A stretch of DNA of 64,000 nt, taken from positions 224,001 to 288,000 of the forward strand of contig CAWGTN010000002.1 of assembly GCA_963825525.1 (NCBI GenBank), written 5' to 3'. Shown one piece after another: positions 39,892 to 50,424 of the stretch. The position numbers and the translations under genes are program-made. Source of the stretch: an uncultured Chloroflexia bacterium (lineage in GTDB: Bacteria; Chloroflexota; Limnocylindria; QHBO01). The notes under the pieces were generated by a model. That model was not told where the DNA came from, did no database searches, and was given only the letters and a program-made list of their open reading frames with translations. Each line of letters begins with the position of its first letter. Positions within the stretch are counted from its first letter, which is position 1.

Positions 39892-41785
39892 ATACCGACC
39901 ACGTCGCGGACCCCGTCCCCAGCGCAAGCGCCCCGGAGGACCGGGCGGTGGCGTGGCAACCGAGGCCCAGGCACCGGTCCGCCCGGCCGGCCCGGTCGAG
40001 CTGCCCAGCTCGGTCGCCGTCAAGGATTTCGCCGAGACGCTCGGCGTCAGCGCCGCCGAGGTTATCAATGTCCTGATCCGCAACGGCATCTTCGCGACCG
40101 TCAACCAGACGATCGACTTCGACACAGCCTCGCTGGTGGCAGCCGAGCTCGGCTTCGAGACGGTCGAGGGCGGTGCGGCGGAGCGTGCGGCCGCGGTCGC
40201 GGCCAACGAGCAGGAGCTCGTCAAGCCCGGAAGCGCCGAAGAGGGCGACGGCAAGCCGGTGCTGTGGACCGAGGACGATCCCTCGAAGCTCCAGACGAGG
40301 GCGCCGATCGTCACCGTCATGGGGCACGTCGACCACGGCAAGACCAGCCTGCTCGATGCCATCCGCGAGACAAAGGTCGCCTCGGGCGAGAGCGGCGGCA
40401 TCACCCAGCACATCGGCGCCAGCGAGGTCGTTCACAACGACAAGCGCATCGTGTTCCTGGACACGCCCGGTCATGAGGCATTCACCGCAATGCGAGCCCG
40501 CGGGGCGCAGGTCACGGACATCGCGATCATCGTGGTGGCCGCCGACGACGGCGTGATGCCGCAGACCAAGGAGGCGATCGATCACGTGCGCGCCGCGCGC
40601 GTCCCGATGATCGTGGCCATCAACAAGGTCGACAAGCCGGACGCCCAGCCGGACCGGGTCAAGCAGGAGCTGGCCGACAACAAGGTGCTCATCGAGGAGT
40701 ACGGCGGCGACGTCATCGCCGTTCCGGTCAGCGCCAAGCAGCGGACCGGGATCGACGACCTCATGGAGATGGTCCTGCTGGTCGCTGATCTCCAGGACCT
40801 CAAGGCCAACCCGGATCGCGATGCCATCGGCACGATCGTCGAGTCCAAGGTCGACAAGGGCCGTGGCAACGTGGCCACCGTCCTGGTGCAGACCGGTACG
40901 TTGAAGGTCAGCCAGATCGTCAGCGTCGGACGGACCTGGGGCCGCGTGCGCGCAATGAACAACGCGGCCGGCAAGCGCGTGAAGCAGGCGGAGCCGGCGT
41001 CGGCGGTCGAGATCATCGGCCTCCAGGGGCTGCCCGAGGCGGGGGACACCCTGCGCGTGGTCGCGGACGAGAAGACGGCGCGTGACGCCGCCGAAGCGGC
41101 CGACCGCGTGGTTGCCGGTGCCGACGGACAGAAGGTGAGCACCCTCGAGGAGATCAGCGCCCAGATCAAGGACAACGAGGTCGCTGAGCTGCGGGTCGTG
41201 CTCAAGACCGACGTCCAGGGTTCGCTCGGAGCCATCAGGCACTCGCTCGAGCGGCTCAATACGAGCGAGGTCCGGATCAACATCCTGCGCGAGGGGGCGG
41301 GCGACATCAACGAGAGCGACATCAACCTGGCTTCGGCATCGGAGGCGGTTGTCATCGGCTTCAATGCCAAGCTCGATGCCGGCGCACAGCGCTCGGTGGA
41401 GGCCACCGGCGTCGACGTCCGCCTGTACGACGTCATCTACAAGCTCACCGACGATGTCGGGCTGGCACTCTCCGGACTGCTCGCGCCGAAAATCGTGGAG
41501 CAGGTGGAGGGCCATGCCGAGGTCCGAATGGTGATCAAGGCAGGTCGCGCAGGCAACGTCGCCGGTTCGTACGTGATCGACGGGCGGATCGTGCGCGGTG
41601 GCCAGGCACGGCTGATGCGCGGTGGCGAAGTGATCGCCGATACCCGCATCACCTCGCTCAAGCGCTTCAAGGACGACGTCCGCGAAGTCGCCACCGGCTT
41701 CGAGTGCGGCATCGGGCTCGATGCCGATGACATCGCCGTGGGTGATGTCATCGAGTGCTACCAGATGGTGACCGAGCAGGCCTGA
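39878..41785 (+). CDS. infB: Translation initiation factor IF-2 (short N-terminus)
   Basis: [30 protein letters not shown]. Confidence 0.98.
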   Translation: MPPRRYRPRRGPRPQRKRPGGPGGGVATEAQAPVRPAGPVELPSSVAVKDFAETLGVSAAEVINVLIRNGIFATVNQTIDFDTASLVAAELGFETVEGGAAERAAAVAANEQELVKPGSAEEGDGKPVLWTEDDPSKLQTRAPIVTVMGHVDHGKTSLLDAIRETKVASGESGGITQHIGASEVVHNDKRIVFLDTPGHEAFTAMRARGAQVTDIAIIVVAADDGVMPQTKEAIDHVRAARVPMIVAINKVDKPDAQPDRVKQELADNKVLIEEYGGDVIAVPVSAKQRTGIDDLMEMVLLVADLQDLKANPDRDAIGTIVESKVDKGRGNVATVLVQTGTLKVSQIVSVGRTWGRVRAMNNAAGKRVKQAEPASAVEIIGLQGLPEAGDTLRVVADEKTARDAAEAADRVVAGADGQKVSTLEEISAQIKDNEVAELRVVLKTDVQGSLGAIRHSLERLNTSEVRINILREGAGDINESDINLASASEAVVIGFNAKLDAGAQRSVEATGVDVRLYDVIYKLTDDVGLALSGLLAPKIVEQVEGHAEVRMVIKAGRAGNVAGSYVIDGRIVRGGQARLMRGGEVIADTRITSLKRFKDDVREVATGFECGIGLDADDIAVGDVIECYQMVTEQA

Positions 41786-41788
41786 CCG

Positions 41789-42139
41789 ATGAGCCAGCGA
41801 ACGGATCGGCTGGACAGCCAGATCCGGACCGAGCTCGCTGAGCTGATGCATCGCGAGATGAAGGATCCGCGCATCGGGTTCGCCACCATCACGCGCGTGG
41901 AGACTGCGCGCGACCTCGGGTCGGCAAAGGTGTGGGTCAGCATCATGGGGACCGATGAGGAGCGCGAGGGGACGATGAAGGCCCTGAATGATGCCGCGCC
42001 CTGGATGCGGCGGCAGCTGGGTGCGAGGCTGACGATTCGCCACATTCCGCAGCTGCTGATTCGCCACGACGACTCGATTGAGGCGGGGGACCGCGTGCTG
42101 CGGCTGCTTCGCGAGCTCGAGCAAGAGGGGCACCAATGA
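41789..42139 (+). CDS. rbfA: Ribosome-binding factor A
   Basis: KDPRI...TITRV...DL..AKV, R.IP.L...D.S. Confidence 0.95.
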   Translation: MSQRTDRLDSQIRTELAELMHREMKDPRIGFATITRVETARDLGSAKVWVSIMGTDEEREGTMKALNDAAPWMRRQLGARLTIRHIPQLLIRHDDSIEAGDRVLRLLRELEQEGHQ

Positions 42140-43119
42140 GTCGCGCCGATGTCGTGGCAGCCATCCTCGGCGCGGAGCGCATCACCGCCATCTGCCACGA
42201 GAATCCCGATGCCGACACGCTGGGGTCGGCGCTTGCCCTGCGCATCGCCGTCGAGCGACTCGGCAAGCAGGCCGAGGTGGTGGCGGCCGATCCCGTGCCG
42301 CCCACGCTGGTGGACATGCCCGGGGCGCGCGACGTCCGCACCAGTCCGCAGCTGGAGCCCGACGTGGCGGTCGTCCTCGACGGCCCGCTGTCCCGGACCG
42401 GTTCGGTGGTGACCACCTCGGCCGATTGGCTGTCACGCGCCCGCATCGTGAACATTGACCATCACGTGTCGAACGACGGAAGCGAGGCGTCGGTCGTGTG
42501 GGTGGACCCGGAGGCGGCCGCGACCTGCGAGATGATGGCCCTTCTCATCCCGGACCTCGGCGTCGAGCTCGACATCGACATGGCGACCGTTCTCACCGCC
42601 GGGATCGTCCAGGACACGCACACCTTCTCGCATCCCAACGCAACGCCTCGCACGCTGCGGGTGGCGGCCGACCTCGTGGCGGTCGGGGCACCGCTGTCGG
42701 CAATCCACCGCCTGATCTACGCCGACAAGCCGTACTCGACCCTGGCCCTGTGGGGGCGGATCATGGCCGGGATCGGTGAGCGCCGCGACGGGCGCATCGT
42801 CCACGCTTCGATGACGACCGAGATGCTCGCAGAGACGGGGACGCAGCCCGTGGCATCCGAGGGATTCATCGACCTGCTCGCGACCACGAAGGTCGCGGAC
42901 ATCACGGTCCTGCTCAAGGAAGTCGACGCCACGCACGTCCGGGTCAGCGTGCGCACCAGCGCGCGCGCGGATGCGGTCGCGGTGACCTCGACATTCGGTG
43001 GCGGTGGGCATGCTCGGGCTGCCGGCTGTTCGATCGACGCACCGCTGTCGGAGGCGCGGACCCTCCTGCTGGACGAATGCGAGCGCGAGCTCGACCGAGC
43101 CGATGCTCGGGGTCGTTAA
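42136..43119 (+). CDS. nrnA: DHH/DHHA1 nanoRNase / pAp phosphatase
   Basis: HENPDAD, NIDHH, DT..F, S.R, GGGH..AAG. Confidence 0.9.
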   Translation: MSRADVVAAILGAERITAICHENPDADTLGSALALRIAVERLGKQAEVVAADPVPPTLVDMPGARDVRTSPQLEPDVAVVLDGPLSRTGSVVTTSADWLSRARIVNIDHHVSNDGSEASVVWVDPEAAATCEMMALLIPDLGVELDIDMATVLTAGIVQDTHTFSHPNATPRTLRVAADLVAVGAPLSAIHRLIYADKPYSTLALWGRIMAGIGERRDGRIVHASMTTEMLAETGTQPVASEGFIDLLATTKVADITVLLKEVDATHVRVSVRTSARADAVAVTSTFGGGGHARAAGCSIDAPLSEARTLLLDECERELDRADARGR

Positions 43120-43993
43120 CCTCGACAAGCCGGTCGGACCGACCAGCCACGACATGGTCGGCATGATGCGGCGACTGAGTGGCACCCGGCGCATCGGCCA
43201 CGCCGGGACGCTCGATCCACTGGCGTCGGGTGTGCTGCCCATCCTGGTCGGCGCAGCGACGCGCTTCAGCCAGGAGCTGACCGGCGGCGCGAAGCGCTAC
43301 GAAGCCGTCATCCGCCTGGGGGCGAGGAGCGCGACGGACGACGCCGAGGGACCGATCGAGCCCGTCGCCGGATCCATGCCATCCGAGGCAGAAGTCCGCA
43401 ATGCGCTCGAGGGATTCGTCGGTACGTTCGATCAGATGCCACCGGTCTTCAGCGCCCGCAAGAGCGGGGGCCAGACTGCACACCGGGCGGCGCGTGCGGG
43501 ACAGCCCCTCACGCTGACGCCGCGCTCGGTCACCATTCACGAGATCGTGCTGCTGAGCTTCGACTCCGAAGAGGCCGCGGCGGACCTGCGAATCGACCTC
43601 CGATGCGGTGCGGGGACCTACGTGCGGTCGCTTGCCCGCGACCTCGGCGCCAGGCTCGGCAGCGCCGGGTACCTCCATGCGCTGCGCCGGACCGAGGCAT
43701 CAGGGCTGAGCATCGACTCCGCGGTCACGCCCGACATGCTGGAGGCGCTCGCATCCGAGGGCCGGCTTGCCGATGCGGTGCTGTCGGTGGGCGACCTGCT
43801 GCCGCTTCCACACCTCGAGCTGGACCCGGAGCACGCTGCTGCATTTCGCAACGGCTCCGCACGAGCGGTTGAACCGGGAGTCGCCGAGGGGCAGGTCGCG
43901 GTGTTCGGCGGGGGAGCGATCATCGGCATCGGCTCGGTCAGCGGCGGGATCCTGCAGCCGGACAAGGTGCTGCCGGCGGACGTCGAGGCGTGA
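43103..43993 (+). CDS. truB: tRNA pseudouridine(55) synthase
   Basis: DKP.G.TSHD, GHAGTLDPLASGVL, GTYVRSLARD. Confidence 0.96.
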   Translation: MLGVVNLDKPVGPTSHDMVGMMRRLSGTRRIGHAGTLDPLASGVLPILVGAATRFSQELTGGAKRYEAVIRLGARSATDDAEGPIEPVAGSMPSEAEVRNALEGFVGTFDQMPPVFSARKSGGQTAHRAARAGQPLTLTPRSVTIHEIVLLSFDSEEAAADLRIDLRCGAGTYVRSLARDLGARLGSAGYLHALRRTEASGLSIDSAVTPDMLEALASEGRLADAVLSVGDLLPLPHLELDPEHAAAFRNGSARAVEPGVAEGQVAVFGGGAIIGIGSVSGGILQPDKVLPADVEA

Positions 43994-44919
43994 GCCCGCT
44001 CCCGATCGACGACCTGCCGCGCATCGGACCCGCGGTCATCACGCTCGGCGTCTTCGACGGCGTGCATCGCGGCCATCGGCACGTCCTGGAGGCCACCGTG
44101 CGGGCCGCGCATGAGCGATCGGCCGCCAGCGTTGCCCTCGTGTTCAGTCCGCATCCCGACGAGATCATCCGACCCGGAGTCACGGTCGAACGGCTCCTGC
44201 CGCCGGAAGTCACCGTCGAGCGCCTTGTGCGATCCGGAGTCGATCACGCCATCGAGATAACGTTCGACGATCGCCTGCGGAATCTCGAGCCCGACGAGTT
44301 CCTGGCCGCCCTCGCACCCGCCATCGAGCTGCGTGGCATCACGATGACACCGGAGAGCGCATTCGGACGGCGGCGGGCGGGGACACTGGAGCGCATCGCC
44401 GAGATCGGCGCCGAGAATGGCTGGGACTGCGTCGCCGTGGAGCCGATGCTCGTGGATGACGTGCCGGTCTCATCGTCCCGCATCCGCGCGGCCCTGGCCG
44501 AGGGTCGGGTCGAGGAGGCGGGACTCCTCCTGGGGACGCCGCCCCTCCTGCGCGGTACAGTCGTGCACGGCGACGAGCGCGGCCGCGAGCTCGGATTCCC
44601 CACGGCCAACCTCGCCTTTGACTATCGTGCCGCTCTGCCGGCGCTGGGCATCTACCTGGGCCGCGTCAGCGTTGCCGAACGGGGCGTAGGGCCGGGCCAC
44701 CCCGCCCTGGTGAGCGTCGGCGTGCGCCCCACCTTCCACGACGACGGCCGCGTCCTCGTCGAGGTGTACCTGCTCGATTGGGACGGCGACCTCTACGACG
44801 CGAGCCTGGACGTCGAGCTCCACGCCCGTCTGAGGCCGGAGCAGCGATTCGATGACGCCGATGCCCTTGTCGCCCAGATGCGGCGCGACGAGGAAGAGGC
44901 GCGCCGCCTGCTCGGCTGA
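43990..44919 (+). CDS. ribF: Bifunctional riboflavin kinase / FAD synthetase
   Basis: GVFDGVHRGH, SSSRIR, GR.LGFPTAN, G.RPTF. Confidence 0.95.
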   Translation: MSPLPIDDLPRIGPAVITLGVFDGVHRGHRHVLEATVRAAHERSAASVALVFSPHPDEIIRPGVTVERLLPPEVTVERLVRSGVDHAIEITFDDRLRNLEPDEFLAALAPAIELRGITMTPESAFGRRRAGTLERIAEIGAENGWDCVAVEPMLVDDVPVSSSRIRAALAEGRVEEAGLLLGTPPLLRGTVVHGDERGRELGFPTANLAFDYRAALPALGIYLGRVSVAERGVGPGHPALVSVGVRPTFHDDGRVLVEVYLLDWDGDLYDASLDVELHARLRPEQRFDDADALVAQMRRDEEEARRLLG

Positions 44920-44993
44920 TCACGGCGTCCGTGGCGGCCGGGCACCTGCTCTGGTAAACTCGCACGGTTACGGAAACGAATGTGGAGGAATAC

Positions 44994-45263
44994 GTGCCGC
45001 TCGCCAAGGACGCGAAGAGCGCAATCGTCGACGAATACGCCACGCACGAGGGCGATACGGGATCACCCGAGGTGCAGATTGCGCTTCTCACCGAGCGGAT
45101 CAAGTCGCTGACTGATCATCTGCGCAGCTACCCGAAGGACAATCACTCGCGCCGCGGGCTGCTCAAGCTCGTCGGGCAGCGCCGGCGGCTGCTCGCGTAT
45201 CTGGTCCGCAACGATGTCGACCGATACCGCACCGTCATCGGCAGCCTGGGGCTCCGCCGCTAG
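44994..45263 (+). CDS. rpsO: 30S ribosomal protein S15
   Basis: [29 protein letters not shown]; GGAGG SD; TGGTAAACT -10. Confidence 0.98.
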   Translation: MPLAKDAKSAIVDEYATHEGDTGSPEVQIALLTERIKSLTDHLRSYPKDNHSRRGLLKLVGQRRRLLAYLVRNDVDRYRTVIGSLGLRR

Positions 45264-45278
45264 ACACGACCCGCGATC

Positions 45279-45396
45279 AGACCCGGGACACAAACGGTCC
45301 TGGGTTTCGCACATCGCACGAACTCAATTGGCATCCACCCCCGCCTGACGCCTGCGCTCATGTGAGCGCGCCACGGGAATCGAGCGTCGGATGCCA
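45279..45396 (+). promoter_or_regulatory. rpsO terminator-like hairpin followed by a long pnp leader stem
   Basis: AGACCCGGGAC..GTCCTGGGTTT; then TGGCATCC (45329)...GGATGCCA (45396), enclosing GCGCTCA-tg-TGAGCGC. Confidence 0.55.
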
Positions 45397-45420
45397 CGCC
45401 AAACACTTCTGGAGGAATCA

Positions 45421-48030
45421 GTGGCAATCACTCACGAAGCCGAAATCGGCGGCAAGGTCTTCAGCATGGAGGCCGGCAAGCTCGCCGAGCAGGCGGACGG
45501 GGCCGTCATCGTTCGATACGGTGACTCCGTCGTCCTCGCGACTGCGGTCGCATCCAAGGAGCCCCGCGAGGGCGCCGACTTCTTCCCGCTCACCGTCGAC
45601 TACGAGGAGCGGATGTACGCCGCGGGCAAGATCCCGGGCGGATTCATCAAGCGCGAGTCGCGCCCGTCGGAGGCCGCCATCCTGGCGATGCGCCTCACGG
45701 ACCGCCCGCTCCGCCCGCTCTTCCCGAAGGGCTACTTCAACGACGTTCAGGTCGTCCTGACGGTCCTGTCGACCGACCAGGAGAATGACCCGGACATCCT
45801 TGCCCTCAACGGCGCATCAGCCGCCCTGAGCATCAGCAACATCCCGTTCATGGGCCCGGTCGGCGCCGTGCGCGTCGGTCGAATCGGCGGCGAGTTCGTC
45901 ACCAACCCGACGAACACGGAGCTGGCGACCAGCGAGCTCGACCTCGTGGTCGCAGGCACGCGCGAGGCCGTCATGATGGTCGAGGCGGGCGCGAACATCC
46001 TGCCCGAGTCCGTCATGGCCGACGCCATCGCCTACGGTCACAGCGAGCTCCAGAAGTCGATCGACCTCCAGGAGAAGCTGGTTGCCTCGGCAGGCACCCC
46101 GAAGAAGGTGCCGTTCGTGGGTCCGAAGGCTCCCTCGGTCGTGCAGCTCGGCAAGGCCCTGGCCGAGTCGAAGAACGAGTTCGTGGTCTTCGACCTCGAA
46201 ACGACGGCCATCAAGCCGGAGCACGGCTACATCGTGGACATCGCGGCGCTGCGGCTCCGCGATGGACAGATCGTCGACCGGTTCGAGACCCTCGTGAACC
46301 CCGGGCGCCCGATCGTCGGCCACCAGGTTCATGGCATCAAGACCGATGACGTCGCCAATGCGCCCACCGCCGCCGATGCGCTCACCCAGTTCGTCGACTG
46401 GGTCGGTGACACGCCGGTCGTGGCGCACAACTCGTCATTCGACGTCCCGTTCGTCCTCCGCCACCTGCCGACTGACCGCACCTGGAACCCGAGCGCCGTG
46501 TACGACACCCTGCAGCTCGGATATCAGCTCTACCCGGACGCGGGCGGCTACAAGCTCGCCGATCTCGTGCGATTCGTCTTCGGCCGCGACCATGCGTCCG
46601 CGCATCGGGCGATGCCCGATGCCGAGGCCACCGCGGAGCTCTTCCTGCACTTCACCAGCGGACTGTCGGAGCGCCTCGATGCGGTGCGACAGGACATCGC
46701 CGACGAGGTGCGTCGCGCCCGTGACAACTACAACCGCGCCGAGCAGGGCGATCGGCTCGAGGACATTCGCCGGCGCCACGGCATCGGCTCTTCGCTCATG
46801 GACACGATCACCAAGGCGACCGTCCGCGAGCTGGTCCTGAACGAGAACGTCCGCATCGACGGGCGCGACACGAAGACGATCCGGCCGATCAGCGTGGAGG
46901 TCGGCGTGCTGCCGCGAACCCACGGCTCGGGCCTCTTCACCCGCGGCCAGACGCAGGCACTCTCGATCGCGACGCTCGGACCGAGCAGCGATGTCCAGCG
47001 CATGGACACGATCTCACCGGAGACCGAGAAGCGCTACATGCACCACTACAACATGCCGCCGTACTCTGTCGGCGAGGCGCGCTTCATGCGTGGGCCCGGT
47101 CGGCGAGAGATCGGTCATGGCGCGTTGGCCGAGCGTGCGCTGGTGCCGGTGCTCCCGGATGTCAGCGAGTTCCCGTACGTGATCCGCGTCGTCAGCGAGT
47201 GCGTGAGCTCGAATGGATCGACCTCGATGGCCTCGACCTGTGGGTCGACGCTGGCTCTCATGGATGCCGGAGTGCCGATCAAGGCGCCGGTCGCCGGTGC
47301 CGCGATGGGGCTGATCAACGACAAGGAGTCGGGTCGCTACGCCGTCCTGACCGACATCACCGGCAAGGAAGACGCCTACGGTGACATGGACTTCAAGGTG
47401 ACCGGGACCGCCGAAGGCGTGACTGCGCTCCAGATGGACATCAAGGTTGCCGGCATCACGACCGAGATCATGCGAGACGCGCTCGAGCAGGCTCGCGAGG
47501 CCCGGCTCCACATCCTGGGCAAGATGACCGAGGTCATCGGCACCAGCCGCGAGGAGCTCAGCCAGTACGCGCCGCGCATCACGACGCTGAAGATCCCCGT
47601 GGACAAGATCCGCGACGTCATCGGCGCCGGCGGCAAGGTGATCCGCCAGATCACCGCTGAGACCGGGACGCAGATCAACGTCGAGGACGACGGTACGATC
47701 CAGATCGCCGCAACCGACGGCGAAGCCGCCAAGAAGGCGATCGCATGGATCGAAGGCCTGACCAAGGACGTGGAGGTCGGCAAGGAGTACCTCGGCAAGG
47801 TGACCCGGATCATGAACTTCGGTGCCTTCGTCGAGATCCTGCCCGGCAAGGAGGGCCTGGTGCACATCAGCCAGCTCGCCGATTACCGGGTGCCGCGCGT
47901 CGAGGACGTGGTCAGCATCGGCGACGAGCTGATGGTGATCGTCACCGAGATCGATCGCATGGGTCGCGTGAACCTGAGCCGCCGCGCGGCGATGGAGCGG
48001 CACATGGCCAAGGCCGGCGACCGAAGCTGA
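45421..48030 (+). CDS. pnp: Polyribonucleotide nucleotidyltransferase with an inserted DEDDh exonuclease domain
   Basis: RNase PH1 ([17 protein letters not shown]), RNase PH2 ([25 protein letters not shown]), KH (IGAGGK) and S1 domains. About 869 aa from the GTG after GGAGG. Confidence 0.97.
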   Translation: MAITHEAEIGGKVFSMEAGKLAEQADGAVIVRYGDSVVLATAVASKEPREGADFFPLTVDYEERMYAAGKIPGGFIKRESRPSEAAILAMRLTDRPLRPLFPKGYFNDVQVVLTVLSTDQENDPDILALNGASAALSISNIPFMGPVGAVRVGRIGGEFVTNPTNTELATSELDLVVAGTREAVMMVEAGANILPESVMADAIAYGHSELQKSIDLQEKLVASAGTPKKVPFVGPKAPSVVQLGKALAESKNEFVVFDLETTAIKPEHGYIVDIAALRLRDGQIVDRFETLVNPGRPIVGHQVHGIKTDDVANAPTAADALTQFVDWVGDTPVVAHNSSFDVPFVLRHLPTDRTWNPSAVYDTLQLGYQLYPDAGGYKLADLVRFVFGRDHASAHRAMPDAEATAELFLHFTSGLSERLDAVRQDIADEVRRARDNYNRAEQGDRLEDIRRRHGIGSSLMDTITKATVRELVLNENVRIDGRDTKTIRPISVEVGVLPRTHGSGLFTRGQTQALSIATLGPSSDVQRMDTISPETEKRYMHHYNMPPYSVGEARFMRGPGRREIGHGALAERALVPVLPDVSEFPYVIRVVSECVSSNGSTSMASTCGSTLALMDAGVPIKAPVAGAAMGLINDKESGRYAVLTDITGKEDAYGDMDFKVTGTAEGVTALQMDIKVAGITTEIMRDALEQAREARLHILGKMTEVIGTSREELSQYAPRITTLKIPVDKIRDVIGAGGKVIRQITAETGTQINVEDDGTIQIAATDGEAAKKAIAWIEGLTKDVEVGKEYLGKVTRIMNFGAFVEILPGKEGLVHISQLADYRVPRVEDVVSIGDELMVIVTEIDRMGRVNLSRRAAMERHMAKAGDRS
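46180..46653 (+). other. DEDDh 3'-5' exonuclease domain (DnaQ/RNase T superfamily), in frame within pnp
   Basis: ExoI VVFDLETT, ExoII AHNSSFD, DTL, ExoIII HRAMPDA. Confidence 0.93.
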
Positions 48031-48053
48031 GCCTGGCCGGCCGTGCGCGATGG

Positions 48054-48743
48054 TTGACGCGACCGGTCCGATCGGGGGGGTGCGAGGCGCTCGCGCACAT
48101 CGCGGACGAGGTGCGTGGCTGCACACGCTGTGCGCTGTCGCGCGGTCGAACGCATGCCGTCCCTGGCGAGGGGAATGTCCTGAGTGACGTTCTCCTCGTC
48201 GGCGAAGGCCCGGGTGCCCGCGAGGATCGCACCGGCCGCCCATTCGTCGGCCCGGCGGGCGAGCTCCTCACCGAGCTGCTTGCAGCCATCGGCTGGGGAA
48301 GAGAGGACGTGTTCATCACGAACGTCGTGAAGTGCCGGCCGCCGGGAAACCGGGACCCCGAACCGGAGGAGATGACGGCGTGCGCGGGGTACCTGGAGGC
48401 GCAGGAACGCGCGCTCGAACCGGCCGTCGTCGTCACGCTGGGACGGCATTCGTTGGGCCGATACCTGCCAGGTGCCCGAATCAGCGGCATCCATGGCCAT
48501 CTTCGTCGGTCGTACAGCGGTCAGCACGTCTTCCCGATGTACCATCCTGCTGCGGCGCTGCACCAGGCCTCGCTGCGCGAGACGCTGTTCCGCGACATCC
48601 GAGGCCTGCCGGCGGCGTTGCTGGACGCCCGTCGAGCGCTCGAATCGGAGCGCGCGGCATCGGTCCAGGCGCAGACGGCCGCCGAACCGGACGAACGCCC
48701 GGAACGGCAAGCTGACGGTGCCGAACAGACGACCCTTTTCTAG
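48054..48743 (+). CDS. Family-4 (Fe-S) uracil-DNA glycosylase; start uncertain
   Basis: CTRC, VGEGPG..ED..G.PFVG, NVVKCRPP.NR.P, YHPAA. Confidence 0.93.
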   Translation: MTRPVRSGGCEALAHIADEVRGCTRCALSRGRTHAVPGEGNVLSDVLLVGEGPGAREDRTGRPFVGPAGELLTELLAAIGWGREDVFITNVVKCRPPGNRDPEPEEMTACAGYLEAQERALEPAVVVTLGRHSLGRYLPGARISGIHGHLRRSYSGQHVFPMYHPAAALHQASLRETLFRDIRGLPAALLDARRALESERAASVQAQTAAEPDERPERQADGAEQTTLF

Positions 48744-48751
48744 GAGCTTCC

Positions 48752-50416
48752 ATGTCCGATTCCCTGCGCATCATCCCGCTCGGTGGGGTGGGCGAGGTCG
48801 GAAAGAACATCACCGTCATCGAGTTCGATGACGAGATCCTCATCGTGGACTGCGGACTCGCGTTCCCCGAGCCGGAGATGCTCGGTATCGACCTCGTGAT
48901 TCCCGACGCCACGTACCTTGCGGAGAACCGCGATCGAGTGCGCGGGATCATCCTCACGCACGGTCACGAGGACCACACCGGGGCGTTGCCATACGTCCTT
49001 CCGAAGATCCCCGGGACGCCCATCTATGCGACGCGTCTCACCGAGGGGCTGGTCCAGGGGAAGCTTCGCGAGCACAAGCTGCTCGATTCGACGCCGCTTC
49101 ACGTGATCGAGCCCGGGGTCGAGTTCTCGGTCGGCTCGTTCAAGATCGTCCCGTTCCGGGTCAACCACTCGATCCCCGACGGCGTCGGATACGCGATCAC
49201 CACGCGCCTCGGGACGATCGTCCATACCGGTGACTTCAAGTTCGACCACACGCCTCCGGATGGGCGTCGGGCCGACCTGGGCCTGATCGCGGAGATCGGC
49301 AACCGCGGCGTCGAATTCCTGCTCAGCGACTCGACACGCGCCGAGAAGGAGGGCTACACCCTGTCCGAATCCACGGTCGGGGAGAGCCTGGGGCGCCTGG
49401 TGGGCGAGGCACCCGGTCGCGTCATCGTTGCCACCTTCGCCAGCAACATCGGCCGCGTCCAGCAGGTGATCGACGCTGCCTGGGCGCACGGCCGCAAGAT
49501 GGTCGCCCTGGGGCGGAGCATGGAGCAGAACACCGCGATCGCCCTTGAGCGAGGCTATCTCGACGCGCGTGACGGGACCCTGGTCAAGAAGGATCAGCTC
49601 CAGCGCCTGTCGAAGGAGCAGCTGGTCGTCATGACCACCGGCTCCCAGGGAGAGCCGATGAGCGGGCTCACCCGGATGAGCAACCGCGACCACCGCAACA
49701 TCACGATCGAGCCCGGAGACACCGTCATCGTGTCGGCAAGCCCGATTCCGGGCAACGAGGAGGCAGTCGCCAAGACGATCGACAACCTCTTCAAGGAAGG
49801 CGCGATGGTCCACTACGAGCCGCTCGTGCACTGCCACGTGTCGGGCCACGGGTCACGCGAGGAGCTCAAGCTCATGCTGGGGCTGGTCAAGCCTCGCCAC
49901 TTCGTGCCGATCCACGGCGAGTACCGAATGCTCGTCCAGCACGCGCTGCTGGCCGAGGGGGCCGGCGTGGACGTGGACAAGATCTTCATCCTGGAGAACG
50001 GACAGGTCGTCGAGTTCGACGGGCAGCGGGGCCGCATGGCCGGAACGGTGACCGCCGGCGCCGTGCTGGTGGATGGCATCGCGGCCATTGACGGGATCGA
50101 CGGGGTCGTGCTGCGCGATCGCCGCATGCTCGCGTCGGATGGCGTCGTCATGGTGGCCCTCACGATCGACGCCAAGACCGGTCAGCCGGTCGGTCTGCCG
50201 GACCTGGTGAGCCGAGGATTCCTGTCGGATCCCGAGGATCCGATCATGGGTGCGGCACGCGACCATCTCATGGCCGCGCTCCGCCAACGGCACGAGGACG
50301 AGCACAACGCCGAAGCCGGATACGTGAAGACGAAGATCCGGGACACGCTGAGCCGGTTCTTCCATCAGCGAACGAAGCGACGACCGATGATCCTGCCCAT
50401 CGTGATGGAGGTCTGA
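48752..50416 (+). CDS. rnj: Ribonuclease J
   Basis: PLGG..EVGKN, THGHEDHTG, HSIPD, DFKFD, TGSQGEP, HVSGH, PIHGE. Confidence 0.97.
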   Translation: MSDSLRIIPLGGVGEVGKNITVIEFDDEILIVDCGLAFPEPEMLGIDLVIPDATYLAENRDRVRGIILTHGHEDHTGALPYVLPKIPGTPIYATRLTEGLVQGKLREHKLLDSTPLHVIEPGVEFSVGSFKIVPFRVNHSIPDGVGYAITTRLGTIVHTGDFKFDHTPPDGRRADLGLIAEIGNRGVEFLLSDSTRAEKEGYTLSESTVGESLGRLVGEAPGRVIVATFASNIGRVQQVIDAAWAHGRKMVALGRSMEQNTAIALERGYLDARDGTLVKKDQLQRLSKEQLVVMTTGSQGEPMSGLTRMSNRDHRNITIEPGDTVIVSASPIPGNEEAVAKTIDNLFKEGAMVHYEPLVHCHVSGHGSREELKLMLGLVKPRHFVPIHGEYRMLVQHALLAEGAGVDVDKIFILENGQVVEFDGQRGRMAGTVTAGAVLVDGIAAIDGIDGVVLRDRRMLASDGVVMVALTIDAKTGQPVGLPDLVSRGFLSDPEDPIMGAARDHLMAALRQRHEDEHNAEAGYVKTKIRDTLSRFFHQRTKRRPMILPIVMEV

Positions 50417-50424
50417 CCCGGCCC

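Noticed and set aside
39863-42136. Long antisense ORFs (757 aa opposite infB; others opposite priA, recG, ffh, rseP, ftsK and murC)
   Set aside because: Shadow ORFs expected from high-GC codon bias opposite well-conserved genes; no recognisable motifs.
46180-46653. pnp insert as an intein, intron or mobile element
   Set aside because: No Cys/Ser start or His-Asn end, no homing endonuclease motifs, no flanking repeats. The motifs are those of a DEDDh exonuclease.
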